From Mobula hypostoma (lineage: Eukaryota): 64,000 nucleotides of DNA. The stretch is from NCBI RefSeq assembly GCF_963921235.1, contig NC_086097.1, forward strand, positions 47,246,001 to 47,310,000, written 5' to 3'. The translations under genes were made by a program, and so were the position numbers. Shown in pieces: positions 12,649 through 26,862 of the stretch (position 1 is the first letter of the stretch; each line of letters begins with the position of its first letter). The notes under the pieces are model-generated. The model was not told where the DNA came from. It saw only the letters and a program-made list of their open reading frames with translations, and searched no databases.

Positions 12649-12914
12649 TAGTGTTCCGTAGAGATGCTTCAGACTTAAACTAGACTGGAATTTTTGCCAG
12701 CCATTCTTGAATAAGAGTAGAAAAACATAATAATTAACTACTGGACTAGAGTATGATGTGGTAAATTTAAGTCTTTAAGTTGAAAGGAAAATACTTGACT
12801 AGTAATGGTAATTGCAGCTGTAGGAATGTTGGAAAACACATCTGGTTTATATATATATTATTCAGGAAAGAAAATTTGCCTTCTATACTCAATCTGCCAA
12901 TGCGTGACTTCTAA

Positions 12915-14530
12915 TCTGCTTGTTTGTCGGCCCTGTGGGATCAAGGATGATTTGTTTTTACTCCCAATTCTGAAGGTGATTAATGAATTCTGACTCGGAT
13001 GCTCTCTGTCACAAATTGTTTGGATTAATACTCAGTTTGTATTTGCCCTCCATGTGCTACTGTCAGAGTGGCTTGAAGTACCTGGTGCCTTTAAGGATAC
13101 TTCTCAGTTGTTCTAAGAGTTTTTAAACCAAGGATTCTGGTATAATGATGAGAATGTTATGGAAGCTTTGACAATGTTTTTTTAAAGTGTTTCTTGTTCT
13201 TTTGGGACATTGCTTAGACTGATGGGACCGTCAGATAAAGTAATTGTTTCTGGAGTCAGGCATGGACTTGCTATAGCTTGCTTATTGGAATTCACTGAGT
13301 ATGATCGGAGCCTCTGTTGGATTTTCTATCCTGCTAATGGATTACATGGCGAGAGTATACAATGGGACCAGGAATGGCAATGTTTGGTTGTTGGTAGGTA
13401 GGGTTAATACCTGACTTTCAAGAGCTCTTGTGAGGTATGTTCTGGCTGGACTTTGTCCTTAAACTGCTGGAGAACAGTGCGGAAAGAACAGGTGTTGTTT
13501 TCTCCCGGTAGGGATTATTTTTTATTTCCAAGTGCTCCCAGTTTTGTCACCCTGCAACCTTACCCTTCAATCTCTTTGAATTATGGAGGACAGCATGTGT
13601 ATAAATGTCTCTCTCCAGCAGACTTCATTATCATCATGACTCCAGTATTTCTGCTATTTTTTAATGTTTCTTAATTGTACATATGATTTTTTTGTGTTCT
13701 ATTGCTGAGCAGCAGTGAACCATCCGACTGGCCTATCAGAGTTCTCTTTGGGAACTAGTTGACTTGACCCGCATTTCTGATCTCGCTATTGTTCACGATT
13801 GTACTTATTTAAAAAAAACAATAATGTGCACACTGTTGCTCAGTTATGGTTGATGCTGCTTTCTTTGTTCTTCTTGGATTTGTTTTGTGATGAAGATCAT
13901 CTCCATTATGCCTTTTACTGGGTGGAACCTGCATTCGTCTGCGGTGGAGCTCTTCAGTTTATGGAAGAAGGCAGCTGAGGAAGACTCTTGCAATGTTTTC
14001 TCTTTGGCAGACAATGCGAAGACTCCCATTTGCGTAATTACTACATCCAGATGTTTCCTTTCTGGAAAATGATCCTGACTCCGACATCCGAGAACACCCT
14101 GTGTAGTCTCCTAGTGTCAGATGAGAGGCATGAGGCATGAATTTGCAACATAAGTGCTTTTGACTGCATGTTAGTATTTTAGCAGTGTTTTGATCTGCTC
14201 CAGAGGCCTTGTTGGTTTTGACTTATGGGTGGCCTCTTGCTGGGTTGGGGATGTGACATGATTACAGTGGATAGCATACTGTGGCACAAAGTGAAGGACA
14301 AGTCAGTGACAAGGACCTTTTACTTCTATGAAGTGCTCCTTCAGCAGGCACTATTTGTCCTTGATTAGCTCTCTTTGGAAGCGTCGTAGTTGCTTGAGCC
14401 ACATGTTCTGGACAGTGTGAAGAATCCATATATCTCACTTAGCTTCTGCATCTCCTGCAGTGACTTCACCTACCACCTGTTGTGTAGCTTGAGGATATTT
14501 TGTACTTGGTCATGATGGTAGCTTCCAGTC
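12915..14530 (-). mobile_element. Old RTE-clade LINE remnant
   Basis: ORF 13844-14029 ECRFHPVKGIMEMIFITKQIQEEQRKQHQP resembles the RTE RT motif QCGFRPxRGTxDMIFxxRQxQEKCREQ. Boundaries are approximate. Confidence 0.55.
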
Positions 14531-15158
14531 TAGGAAATCATGACATTTGCAACTTACTAACACGTCTGTCATGATCATTCTTACCTATGCAGTTCTGCTT
14601 ACTGGGACAGAAACTGAGAGATTCTTTGCAAGTGCTAATTTGGAAAGGCTTTTGTTAGTTGTGACAGTACAGTGGCTGTTGGTCCAGCAGTCATTAACTC
14701 CTGCCATGGAGCTGGTGCTGTAAACATTCAGGCAGTCCTTCACAAGAGAACTGCACTCTTTTGAGCACTGTATCTCAAAGGATGTGTTTGTTTAGAGAAG
14801 AGTGCAGTGCTCGATGATTCACAAACTCCACTAGTTAAATTACAAACGATAAAGCTGTGCTTATTGAAATCTAAAATGTTAAGGATCAGAATCAGATTTA
14901 GCAGCACTAACATACGTTGTGAAATTTGTTTTGCCTCAGCACTACTGTGCAAGACATAAGCTCCTGTAGGTTACAAAAAAAAGACTGAAATTCCCAATAT
15001 TTTGAGGGGAGCTGATTAGATCTAGATTCAAGATTGTTTAATGTCAATTCCAGTACATAATTGTAAAGGAAATCAAAATAATTGTTAATCCAGATCTGAC
15101 GCAACACCAAAAAGAACACAATAATAATAAAATAAAACAGTAAATACTGAAGACTCCT

Positions 15159-15192
15159 GTCCTGATGAGGGGTCTCGGCCCGAAACGTCGAC
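15159..15192 (+). ncRNA. Minimal type I hammerhead ribozyme motif (intact core) at the start of a PLE fragment (15159-15293)
   Basis: gtc CTGATGA g gggt-ctcg-gccc GAAA cg TC gac: stem I gtc/gac, 4-bp stem II, palindromic ACGT stem III. Predicted cleavage after 15189. Confidence 0.8.
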
Positions 15193-16237
15193 TGTACTCT
15201 TTTCCATAGATGCTGCCTGGCCTGCTGAGTTCCTCCAGCGTTTTGTGTGTGTTGCTAGGATTCTAAGCATCTGCAGATTTTCTCTTGTTTGAGCTATTTT
15301 ATATACATTGTTTCTGTGCCTATAAAGTGACCTTGTATCTGTATATAAGGTGACTGATGGGAACCTAGTGATGGTTGGGGATGTAAAATAGAAAAACTAT
15401 TTCAATTACTTAGACCGTCTAGGATCAGAGCAAGAACCTGCCCAGGAAGTAAGGGGGTAAAGTGACTTCACTAAACAGTGGAACAAGCTTGAAGCCCACA
15501 CCTGTTTCTGAATACCTAAGTGTAATTTTAGAAGTGACCATGGCACATATTTAATTCATTTAGCATTATTGGTTCCTTCCTAGGCAGTTGCCTCTATTTC
15601 ATTTCCTCAGCCAAGTTTCAGCGGCAGCCATTGTGAAATGTTTCATCTTGTTTTTCACTATGACTCTGGTTTCTTAATGTAATGTGATTATGCAAGTTGC
15701 TTCCTCAGTAAGCTCTACATTGGAAGATGTTCAACAATCTTATTTCTCTTGATGTTTCAGAAGCATTTGCAGTCCTGGGGCTAGTCTCAATGTAACAAAC
15801 TGCTCTACACTGTAGATGCTTGTCAGTTCCTTATTCATTTACATGTGAGTTGGCTGATAATGAATTGGTGTCATTTTCTGTTCAATTGTAGTGACTTCTG
15901 TTACAGTATTGGGTTCTTTATATAGTAGGTTAGCTCTAGCATGCTAGTATTTGCCTTTTTGATCAAAATAAGTTGTGTTGCATCTAGTCAATTAAAATTT
16001 GAATGTGGTAATCCTCTAACAAAACATCTTGTGATCCTGGGTATGAGATTCCAATGTAAGTGTGATGCAACTTAATAAAACATCTCATGATTAAAGTTTC
16101 TCCAGGCAGGACAGCTTTTATTTCCCATCCCAAGTTGTTCTTGACAAGGTGGTGGTGTGCTGTCTTCCTCACTTGCTACTTTTGTGTGCTAAATTCCCAC
16201 AATGTTGGGTACGATGTTCCAGGACTTCAACCTGGTG

Positions 16238-16741
16238 ATGTGGAGAGCATTCTAACTGGCTGCATCACTGTCCAGTAAGGAGGGGCCACTGCACGGGATC
16301 AGAAGAAACTGCAGAAAGTTGTAAGCTCAGCCAGCACCATCATGGACACCAGCGTCGCCAGCATCGAGGACCTTCAAAAGGCAATGCCTCATAAAGACAG
16401 CAGGAGACAGCATCCATCATTAAGGGACCCCTGCCCCCCCCCCCCCATCAACAGGACATGCTCTCTTCTTATTGCTGCCGTCAAGGTGGAATCACAGGAG
16501 CCTGAAGACACACACTCAACATTTTAGGAACAGCTTCTTTCCCTTTGCCATCACATTTCTGAGTGGACAATGTACACTATCTCAATATTTTTTGCTCTCC
16601 TTTTGGATTACTTATTTAATTTAAAAGACATTTCTTATTGTAATTTACAGTTTTTATTATGTATTGCAATGTACTGCTGCCTCAAAACAACGAATTTCAT
16701 GGTATACGCCAGTGATATTAAACCTGATGCTGAATTCTGAA
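16238..16741 (+). mobile_element. L2/Rex-type LINE 3' fragment
   Basis: VESILTGCITV coding remnant and typical 3' UTR ending aaacctgatgctgaattctga. Confidence 0.7.
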
Positions 16742-19700
16742 GTATTCCAAGTGAGGATAGTGTGTGACATGGAGAATAGTTTTCCCGTGTATCTGCTTCC
16801 CTTTGCCCGTCCTTTCTTTTTGGTGAAAGGCACAGATTTAGGGGATGTTGCTACGGCAGCTCTAGTGAGCTGTAAGTAATGAACACTGCAGCATTGCATT
16901 AGAGGACTGGAGAAAAGCAATGCTTAAAATAGTGCAGACTGCTCTGTACTGGATAGTTTTTGAGCTTTTAATGTTCTATTAGAGCTGCAACTGTCAAGAT
17001 ACACATTCCTGATTTGTGTCTTGTGGGTGGCAAAAAGGCTTTCCAAAGTCAGGTGAAGCAGTTCCCTCCTGAATAACTAGCAGCTCCAACTGTTAGATGA
17101 GAACTAAAGTCAGAATTGATATTATCTAGGTTATGGAAATTTGGCTATAAAAACAATTATTAATTCAGGTTCTGTTCTGCCACTGTGTGTGTGTGTGTCT
17201 TGAGTTTGCAATTTCCGGAACTATTTAGTAAGGTAATTCTAAAACACTGCTTGTGCTTTAAAAAAAACATGCTAACTTTGCATAGGCCTTCAGAAAATAG
17301 ATTTCATTAGATAAAGTTGGGTTTAGCAAATGCATGGTGGCATTGTGTACTGTGACAGGATCTGTATTGTATCAGTAGCAAGAATTCAACCTCGGTAAAC
17401 CAATTGCAGTTATTAATATGACCTCTGATATCTTGCATGGTATATCAAAAATAACTCACCACTTCTATAGGGAGTGCATATATGAACGTTGTTTTTGGCC
17501 AGCTTTGCCCTCTAGCAAGTTAATTGGATGAATAGCTCAAATGTTTAGGTGAGGTGACAATATGTTGATTTTTGGGTGACTAATTTGGAGTGCAAGAGAA
17601 AAGCCTATTTATAATTTGGCTAGCATCATTCTGTACGGAAGTATACCACTTCTTAGGGAAATTTTTGTAACAGAAATGTCTGAAAATGTGCTTGAATACT
17701 TCTGCATCATCTTAGAAATAAAAATAATTGAGTCATAAATTATATCCTTGCTTCTTTGTATGACTTGCAATTAAATTTCTGCCTTGATAATAAGTTCCCT
17801 GGACCGTAGCGTTTGGCTATTTCTTATGCTTTGTTAAATGTTGCATTGCAGTGAGTCCTTGAAGTTCTATTGGTTGAAGGGGTAGATGTAATGCATGGGA
17901 AAATATTTCATTCTAGGGACAGGCACCACCGCCATTATTTGACTGTTACATCACTGTCTATCTACTAATGGTCCTAATGAATGTTTTAGTGCATTTGATA
18001 CTGGAATTGAGCTTCCCAAGCTGATTAAAGCACTTACCTTGGCTCTAGTTTCCTGCTGCAACAGAAAATGAAGTGCAAAGTTCTTTGTTAACATGTTCAT
18101 CATGGTAGATATTATGTTCTAAGCTATGATAGAAGTATGCATAATAATTTGAGGTATTAAGCCTGTCTTTAAAAATAATACCAGGCACCAGCTTTCACCT
18201 GCAAAGTGCATTTATTTCTAGATTTTGCTTAATTGACAATGTTGTGTTTTCTAGTTAGTGAATCAGAAATTATTTAATTTTTCAAACCTGACTATAGCAG
18301 AGTCCAATAGAGCTATTTAAGCATTGCTAGCAAGAAAAAATCTGCTATTAAAATATACTTCAACTTTCCTGATGACTGATCTAGTGTGTGCAACGTGCTG
18401 CTGAGTCATAAGATTAGAAAGGTCACACTTAGTTCTTAATCTGTCTTGAGTTATTTTATCTCAGCAGAGGGCAAGGTAGGAGTTTTACAGTTTTTCATTA
18501 GCTTTGAAATCACAAGTTGAAGTCTATAATTACATGATTGCTATTCAGTGCACCAGTGGGCGGAGAAAGGGTAGGGGAGGGTTCAGCTGTGCTGATTTTT
18601 GTTTTACCTCCCCCCACCCTCAAGTAATATAATAGTTTGTTGAAAATTATCTTTTTTAAAAAAAACCCAGCACCAGAGCAAGGAGGGAGAAGCCAGTTAA
18701 TAATGAGCAACTAAATAGGTCAAGGTTATTTAAGAACACAAGTAATGGGAAATTGCATAATTCAGTGTACCTGTACCTGCTAGATTGAATCTTGTTTCAT
18801 TTGTTCCATTATTTTCAAGTTCACACTTTGACCTCACTAGACTTAAAGGTGTGGTTGTATTAAGAAAATGGGAAGTATATTACTGTTCTTTTTTCAATTG
18901 GATATTAATGTCAACTGAGGGTTTATGTACTTCCAGAGTACATAACTATCTGGTTAAACCCTAATTTCCATACATTTTGCTTTGTGTTACTTGAAACTCT
19001 GCCAATGCATTTCCTTTATCTTTTCCAAACAGAAATAGGTGTTTACTTGACTATTTAATAACTGTCATGGGATAGCAGCCTTCCTACATTGTGATTATGT
19101 GTGCTGATTCTTCCGTTCCCAAATGCAACTGGGAAATTTAAGAAGTGGTATTTGAGATGACCATAATTGTATTCAATATTCTGATATTTTATTTCATGAT
19201 CTGTTTTTGTTCTTTAATGCCCTAGACTCTGCAGACGGGTGATGTAATGACCCTTGCTACTAATGTTGAACGATAAGTGTTCTAATGGGCACAATGCGTT
19301 TGATCAGTCACGAGTACTAGGGAACGGTGATAAACTGGTGGTATTTTGACCATTGTATGAAGAGGAATGTAAAAACTCAGCACACCATTTGGGATAGATT
19401 ATTGTTTTGAAAGGAATCTTAAAAAAAATTTTGAATGTTAAAACCATTATTCTAAACAAAATACAGAGAGGTGGTTCAGCAAAGATTATGACTTGAAATG
19501 CTTTTGAAAATGCCAATGAATTCAAGCAATTTTCATTGTGTGTGTGTTTTTAATAGCAGGATTAGATTGCAAAAGGCTAAAGTGTTTTCAGTTTACTCCC
19601 ATGATAAACTGAATGAAGATTATCACAATAGGCTGTATGGAAGAACAGTCTGTCTATAGTTTTTGGATTTCACAGTGATGATTGCTCAATCATTAAGTTG

Positions 19701-19969
19701 AATAAAGTTGTTTAAGATTTTCTCCTTTATAATTCTGAGTACCAATAGCCTTGCTGTTAGTCACTTTGGAAAGTCTTGGAAAACAGTCATCTAATTTTTC
19801 AACCTAGTTCTTTCTGTATATTTTAAAATTGAGGGTTAAATGTTGATCAGAGCACTTGCAGAACCCCCAACCTATCTTATCATCTCCATTTCCCAGTCCA
19901 GTGACACAGCTTCCCTTTACCCCGCAAGTGAGAGGGAAAATGCAAAACAAATCAAAAATAATAGCAATA

Positions 19970-20096
19970 AAACATAAGAAAATATGCAAGTGCTGGAAGT
20001 CAAAGCAACACACACAAAATGCTGGAGGAATTTAGCAGGTCAGGCAGCATATAGTAAACAGTCAACGTTTCAGGCCAATACCCTTCATCAGGACTC
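19970..20096 (-). mobile_element. PLE terminal-repeat fragment with hammerhead motif (20060-20095)
   Basis: Minus strand agtcCTGATGAagggtattggcctGAAAcgTTgact, followed by the family tail gctgcctgacctgct...cctccagcattttgtgtgtgttgc. Confidence 0.75.
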
Positions 20097-20364
20097 AAAA
20101 ATCATCAGTTGCTCATTCCTTAAGCATGTATTTTATTCTCATATAATATAACACAATTACCTGCAAAGCTTGGAAAAAGTGAACTGTGTTGTATACACAA
20201 CCTGTTCTACAGGATCCATTCGGATGTTTTGATACAAGTTTGTGTTATGTTGGAGTAGTAAGAAACATTGAAAAGTTCAGTTATGTTTAACTTGTTTTTT
20301 TTAGAAAATGTTAACAAAATTATTCTTTACATTATTGTTCTTCTCTAGATTGTCAAAGTTCTAG

Positions 20365-20724
<360 letters not shown>

Positions 20725-23482
20725 TAACATGGAACCTAAGCACTCAGACTTCAATTCGTCCTCCATTTGTTCTTGTACATAACAAATGTGTTTATTAATA
20801 TAGTTTTGCAGAAAAGAATTGAATCCTTGACTTCATGATGTTTTTTTCCCTCTGGTAGATGAAGGGTCCTAATCTGTTCAGCAGCTGTGTTTAATTTTTA
20901 ATTTTTAATTTTTGCAGTTTTCAAAATTGTTAAGGAAGCTTTATTCTTCTGATCTTCTCAATGTGGTACATTTATTCTGAAATTCTAAGCCTCTTGCATG
21001 ACATGTGTAGTTATATCCTGCAATCTATATACCTGGCTCAAATATTACAGCTCATTTCTTGGTATAATGGTAGATATTTAAATTTTTTTGGTGTTAATGA
21101 AAGAAGAGATGGGTTCCTTCTCCATCTTTTCCTCAGTTGCTTCAGTGGTGCTCTGGTCATCCTTCAGAAGTGCTTTATCATGTGAAAGGCCTGAAATATT
21201 TCCATAAGCTGTGGTGCTAAATTATTGCAAGTGTTTTCTTGGGCCTTGTGACATCAGTGAAATATATTAGGATATTCAATATGCTTTGTAATCTCATGTT
21301 TTGACATTTAATGAAAACATGTGAGGTGCATTTAACTGTACCCATTCGCTGACTGCTACTTCAGAAATATTAAATGATTTTCATCGAGGACAATTAAGTA
21401 CTTTTTAAAGATAGGATTTAAATATCAGATTGAGTAGTTGAACTAGAAGTATGTTATAAGTATAGCCTGAGTCAGCGAAAGCTTTGACATGGATAAGGGA
21501 GAATACCAACGTTGCAAATTTATGTTTGTGGCTAGTCAAAGATACTTGGTGCCAAAATTAAAGGAACTTTGAAGGAAATGTTCCAGCATGGGTTTGAGCA
21601 TCATTGAAAGTGTGGACCAAGTTGCATGCTTGTTATTTATTTAATAAACTGTGTGTGCAAAGTGACTAAGACGATCAAGTTTGGAACACGAAAACTAAAT
21701 GGAAAACATGTTAAGTATAAAACAGTTAGGGTGGGAGAATAACAGGACCTGATGGAAAAAATGAAGCTCATTGTGCTTAAGTATGTTTGGTACTTGGAAT
21801 ACACTGTGTAGTAGTGCGTAGATTTTTATAGTTGAATTGGTTGCAAGGTCATAGGTAATTAGTTTATTGTCACATGTACTGAGATATAATGGGAAAAAAA
21901 CTGCATGCCATTCATACAGATTACTTTGAAACAGAAGTACGTCAAGTTAGCACAAAGAGAGGGGCAGAAAGTCATAACAACTTGATTTGAGACTCTTAGA
22001 CCATAGCCTCAATATCTTTCAATTCCGTGAAAAAGAGAAATTAGTGCCTCATTTTAGTAGATGTGTTCTTGATGCTGAGATACATCCTAGGATGCATTGG
22101 GACATATCATCAGTGATGTAGCCTGGGGTCATTGGGTGTTTCCAGTCAGACATTCTCACCTAGACTACTCAGCCAGGGCTGATCAGGCCCTGGCATGTGT
22201 CCCAGCAGCACTGGTCCATGGGTCACACCTCTTGATCCAGAGCCATCTAGAGGCTCACTCAAAGCCTCTGAGAAGGTCCTGATGGCTCTTTTCTTTGTAG
22301 CTCCTGTAATGCCAAGGAGAGAGTAGGTTCTGCAGAGCGAGCAGCCAGAGAAACCTCTACGCTCCAACTCTATAAGCTCGCATCATGCACCCCACCCCTG
22401 TCTCTGGCACTGCTCTACCTGCTCCTGGTATTTGGCTTTCTTGTGCTCAAATTTCTCTTCAGTCCGATCTTCCCAAGAAACTATCAGTTGTACCATGACC
22501 ACCTGCATCGAGGTTTCTGACAGAATGTCCATGTCAGGCCTCAGGGATGATGACGTGATGAAGTCAGGGAACTTTAATAGCTTGCTAAGATCAACTTTCT
22601 GTTGCAGTCAGATGCCATGATGAGCAAGCCTGCTGGTGGTCTGGGCTAAGGCTATGGTTGGTCTCCAGCTTTGACAAAGGCTATGGGATTTCTGGGTTGG
22701 TGGAGGTGCATACCCAGTAATAGGGTCAAAGGTTATGTGGAGAAGGCAGGATAATGGAGTTGAAAAGGAAAACAAAATCGGTGATGATCAAATGGCAGAG
22801 CAGACTTGATGGATTGAATGGCCTAATTTTGCTCCTAGGTCTTATTGTCTTATTATGTTCTGCCCATTTTATGGGGAAGAGAAAAACAAGGACAATAATA
22901 TTCAATATTATTTCAGTACAACCTGGAGAACAGTTTGCATTATGTGCAGTTAAGTGTGAAAATTTTACAGTGCTCTGCCTAGTTTACTGCTGCTCCAGTA
23001 GACGTATAGAAAGCATATATTGCCTCCTGATTTCTCCATTTGATTATTTATTCTCAAGAGTATATTTTTATTAAATATACACTTGTATAGTCCAAGAAGT
23101 TGTATTGCCTTCATTAATCATACCAAGTATATGTTTACATTTGCCTATATTATGGACATTCTTTTGACGTAGCATCAAACTTCTATTCCCAAGAAACATT
23201 CATCATGATTAAATTGACAGGTTTTTACAGTCCTGTTCTGCATTATCCAGTGGTGGGAAAACCTAACCCTGACCTTTGCCCCCGAAGAATCATTGTGGCA
23301 GCTTCAGTGTCTCGATCAGTGCATTCCTGCACATTGGAATGTTTGTCTGTGGCTTTATGCTGTAACCAGCTCCTTGCACTGGAAGGAGAGCAGGTTTCAG
23401 ACAGGCTAAAGTATGTCTTCCAGCAACTGTCAATGTTGTCTTATGTTGCATCTCTGGGATTGGCCAGCAGAGCAGCCCAGTG

Positions 23483-25330
23483 TTTCAAAGTTCAAAGTAA
23501 ATTTATCATCGAAGTACATATATGTAACCATAAACAACCCTGAGACTCATTTTTCTTGTGGGCACACTCAGTAAATCCATAATAGAATCAATGAAAGACC
23601 ACACCAGTATGCAAAAGAAACAAGCTGTGCAAATACAAGTAGGAAGAAATAACAGTAATAAATAAATGAGTAATAAATACCGAGAACATGAGATGAAGCG
23701 TCCTTGAAAGTGAGTAGATAGGTTGTGGGAACATTTCAGTGATGGGGCAAGTGAAATTATCTCCTTTGATTCAAGAGCCTGATGGCTGAGGGGTAACATC
23801 TTTTCCTGAACCTTGTGGTGTTAGTCCTAAGGCTTCTGTACCTTCTTCCTGATGGCAGCAGTGAGCAGAGAGGATGTCTTGGGTGGTGGGGGTCCCTGAT
23901 GATGGATTCTGCTTTCCTGTGACAACATTTCATGTAGATGTGCTTAATGGTGGAGAGGGCTTTACCTGTGATGGACTGGGCTGTATTCACTACTTTTTTT
24001 TGCCCTTGTTTCAAGGGCATTGATATTTCCATACCAGGCTGTGATGCAGCCAGTCAATATGCTCTTCACTATACACATCTAGAAGTTTGCCAAAGTTTTA
24101 GATGTCATGCTGAATCTTCGCAAACTCCTAAGGAAGTAGAGGCACTGCCGTGCTTTCTTCATAATTGAATGTGTACGCTGGGCCAAAGACCAGACCTCCA
24201 AAATATTAATACTGAGGAATTTAAGAGTTGCTGAACCTCTCCACCTCTGATCCTCCAATGAGGATTCCTTCAGTTTCCTCCTCCTGAAGTCAGTAATCAA
24301 CTCCTTGGTCTTGCTGACATTGAGTAAGAAGATGTTGTTAAGGCACCACTCAGCCAGGTTTTCAATCTCCCTTATTCATCACCACATTTAATTCAGCCTA
24401 CAACATTGGTGTCATCAGCAAATTTGAATATGGCATTGAAGCTGTGTTTAGCCACACAGTCTTAAGTGTAAAGTGAGTAGAGCAGGGGGCTAAGCACACA
24501 GCCTTGTAGTGCACCTGTGCTGGTGGAGATTGTGGAGGAGGTTGTTGCCAATCCGAACTGATTGGGGTCTGCAAGTGAGGAAATCCAAGATCCAATTGAA
24601 GAAGGTGGTATTGAGACCAAGGTCTTGAAGCTTATTGATTAGTTCTGAGGGGATGATGGTATTGAATGCTGAGTTGTAGTTGATAAAGAGCATCCTGATG
24701 TATGCACCTTTGCTGTCTTGCTGTTCCAGGGTTGAGTGAAGAGCCAGTGGATAGCATCTACTGTGGTTCTGTTGCTCCGGTAGGAAAATTAGAGTGGATA
24801 TAAGTCGCTTCTCAGCCAGGAGTTGATCTGTTTCATCACGAACCTCTCAGAATACCTCATCAGTGTGGACGTAAGGGCTACTAGACAATAGTCAGAGGCA
24901 GGTCACCACATTCTCCTTGGGCACCGGTATTGAAGCCTGCTTGAAGCAGGCAGGTAACTCAGACTGCCAAAGTGAGAGGTTAGCAGTCTCAGTGAACACT
25001 CTAGCCAGTTGATCAGCACGGGTTTTCAGTGCTTGGCCAGGTACTTCGTCTGGGCCAGATGCTTTTCGTGGGTTCACCCTTCTGAAGGTATGTTGACCTC
25101 AGAGACTGACATCACAGGATCATCAGGGGCTGTGAGAGTTCGTGAAGGTTCCTTCATGTTTTGATGGTCAAGTGAGCATAAAAGGCATTGAGCTCATCTG
25201 GAAGTGAAGCCCCATTGTCACCTATATCGCTTGATTTAACTTTATAAGAGGTGATGGTATTCAAGCATCCTTTGTTGATTCAAGTCTAGTGTGGAATTAC
25301 CACTTTGTCTGTGAGATGGTTTTCCAGAGA
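23483..25330 (-). mobile_element. Decayed L2/Rex-type LINE (RT region to 3' end)
   Basis: [36 protein letters not shown] and LPSGRRYRSLRTNTTRF motifs. Tail ttcaaagttcaaagtaaatttat. Confidence 0.8.
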
Positions 25331-25859
25331 TTGTAACTGGATGCTCAGGATGACAAAGATCACTGCATCCCTTTCCAAGTGTAAAAGGAGACAGGCGAAG
25401 GCCTTCTCGCTTCAGTTAGCTCGAGGGCAGTAGGCAATGCGCTGAGACTAGCTATGCATAAAGGATCTGATGGGAGGGGCTCACCTCACCATTAATTAAG
25501 TCAGGCGTTGGTGCTCGTTTAAATGTTTTGGTGATCGAGCATCTGGGCAGGGAATCATCCAAAGACTCCACTTATTCATTGAACACACTGTGCAGGTGTA
25601 TGATTGACATGTCAAGTGTTCTATTTGCACAACTTGTTTTCCTCCAAGGGTCAGATAACACAGTATGGTGCAACAGAATGAAGTGCTCTGTGGGAACATT
25701 GCCAGGCCCATCCTTTGCCACATTGGGTTGTCTGGAATATCAGCATTTAGTGATCTCTATACGAAACAGAAGACGGACCAAATGAATGCTGCAGGACAAG
25801 GGAAGGGAGTACGAACTCCACTTGCACCATGTACGGCAGCGCAAGTTCAAATTTAATTA

Positions 25860-26862
25860 CACTGGGCAATAAAGATTTAGCTTCCTGAATACTTTTGGGT
25901 GTATGTGATGGATTTTGGGCTGCTGAGCATGAAAATCACAATGAAATTTCCCTATCATGTATAATTTTTGAATTCTCCTATATTTATCATTTCGATTTAT
26001 AATTCAAGTCAATTAAAATGTTGGTCACAGTGTAAGCTGAAAAGTTCCCTATCTTGTCCAGGCATGCCTGGGCATGCTTAGGCAGGGCGGATTCTACATG
26101 GCAGGACAGGTTTTAGCAGTAATTATTGGGTTCAGGACTGTAAGGATGGAATTTGCTATCAAAAGGCACAAAAATTTCTGTGAAGGATTTTGATATTTGA
26201 GACAGATGCTTCCCAGAATAACTGATGCCAAGATTAAGGAAAGCATTTTTGTTGGTGCACAAATCAAACAGGTCATCAATGACAGGCAATTTGAAGAATT
26301 TCTAGTAGGACCAGAGAAAATCACATGGAAGGCATTCAAGGAAGTTGTTGAAATTTTTCTCGGCATCTACAGAGCACCAAACTACATGCAGCTGGTTGAT
26401 AGCATGCTTCAAGCATATAAAACCATGAAATGCAACAGGTCACTAAAGATTCATTTTCTGCATTCCCATTTAGACTTCTTCCCTGCAAATCTTGGTGCTG
26501 TTAGTGACGAGCATAGTGAAAAGTTTCACTGGGACATTGAGGTCATGGAGAAAAGATACCAGGGTAACTGGAATCCATCAATGCTGGCGAATTATTGTTG
26601 TACACTTAAGCGAGAAGCCTCAGACACTGAGTACAAATGAAAATCATTAACAAAATACTTTTAACAGTTGAACTATTGCAAAGCATCAGCACCATTATGC
26701 AATTAAACACATTATATTAAATAAAAGTTAATTTGTTGTTTCTCCAAATTCCTACGTGATACAGTAGTTTGAAATTATATTTGTGTTCATCTTCAAGCAG
26801 TCTATCATAAACAAAAAAAATTCTGAGGAAGCAACACTTTTGAAAAAATTTGTTGTCCAGTG
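25860..26862 (+). mobile_element. Internally deleted Chapaev(3)-like DNA transposon (1003 bp) retaining the transposase C-terminus
   Basis: Termini CACTGGGCAATAAA and TTTGTTGTCCAGTG form an imperfect TIR; flanks tta/ttg. ORF 26197-26640: DAKIKESIFVGAQI..AFKEVVEIFLG..SLKIHFLHSHLDFFPANLGAVSDEHSEKFHWDIEVMEKRYQG..MLANYC. Confidence 0.8.

Noticed and set aside
19225..19350. Possible snoRNA or small non-coding exon (acceptor-like tract, relatively CpG-rich)
   Set aside because: No convincing box C/D or H/ACA set with terminal stem, and no clear donor site.
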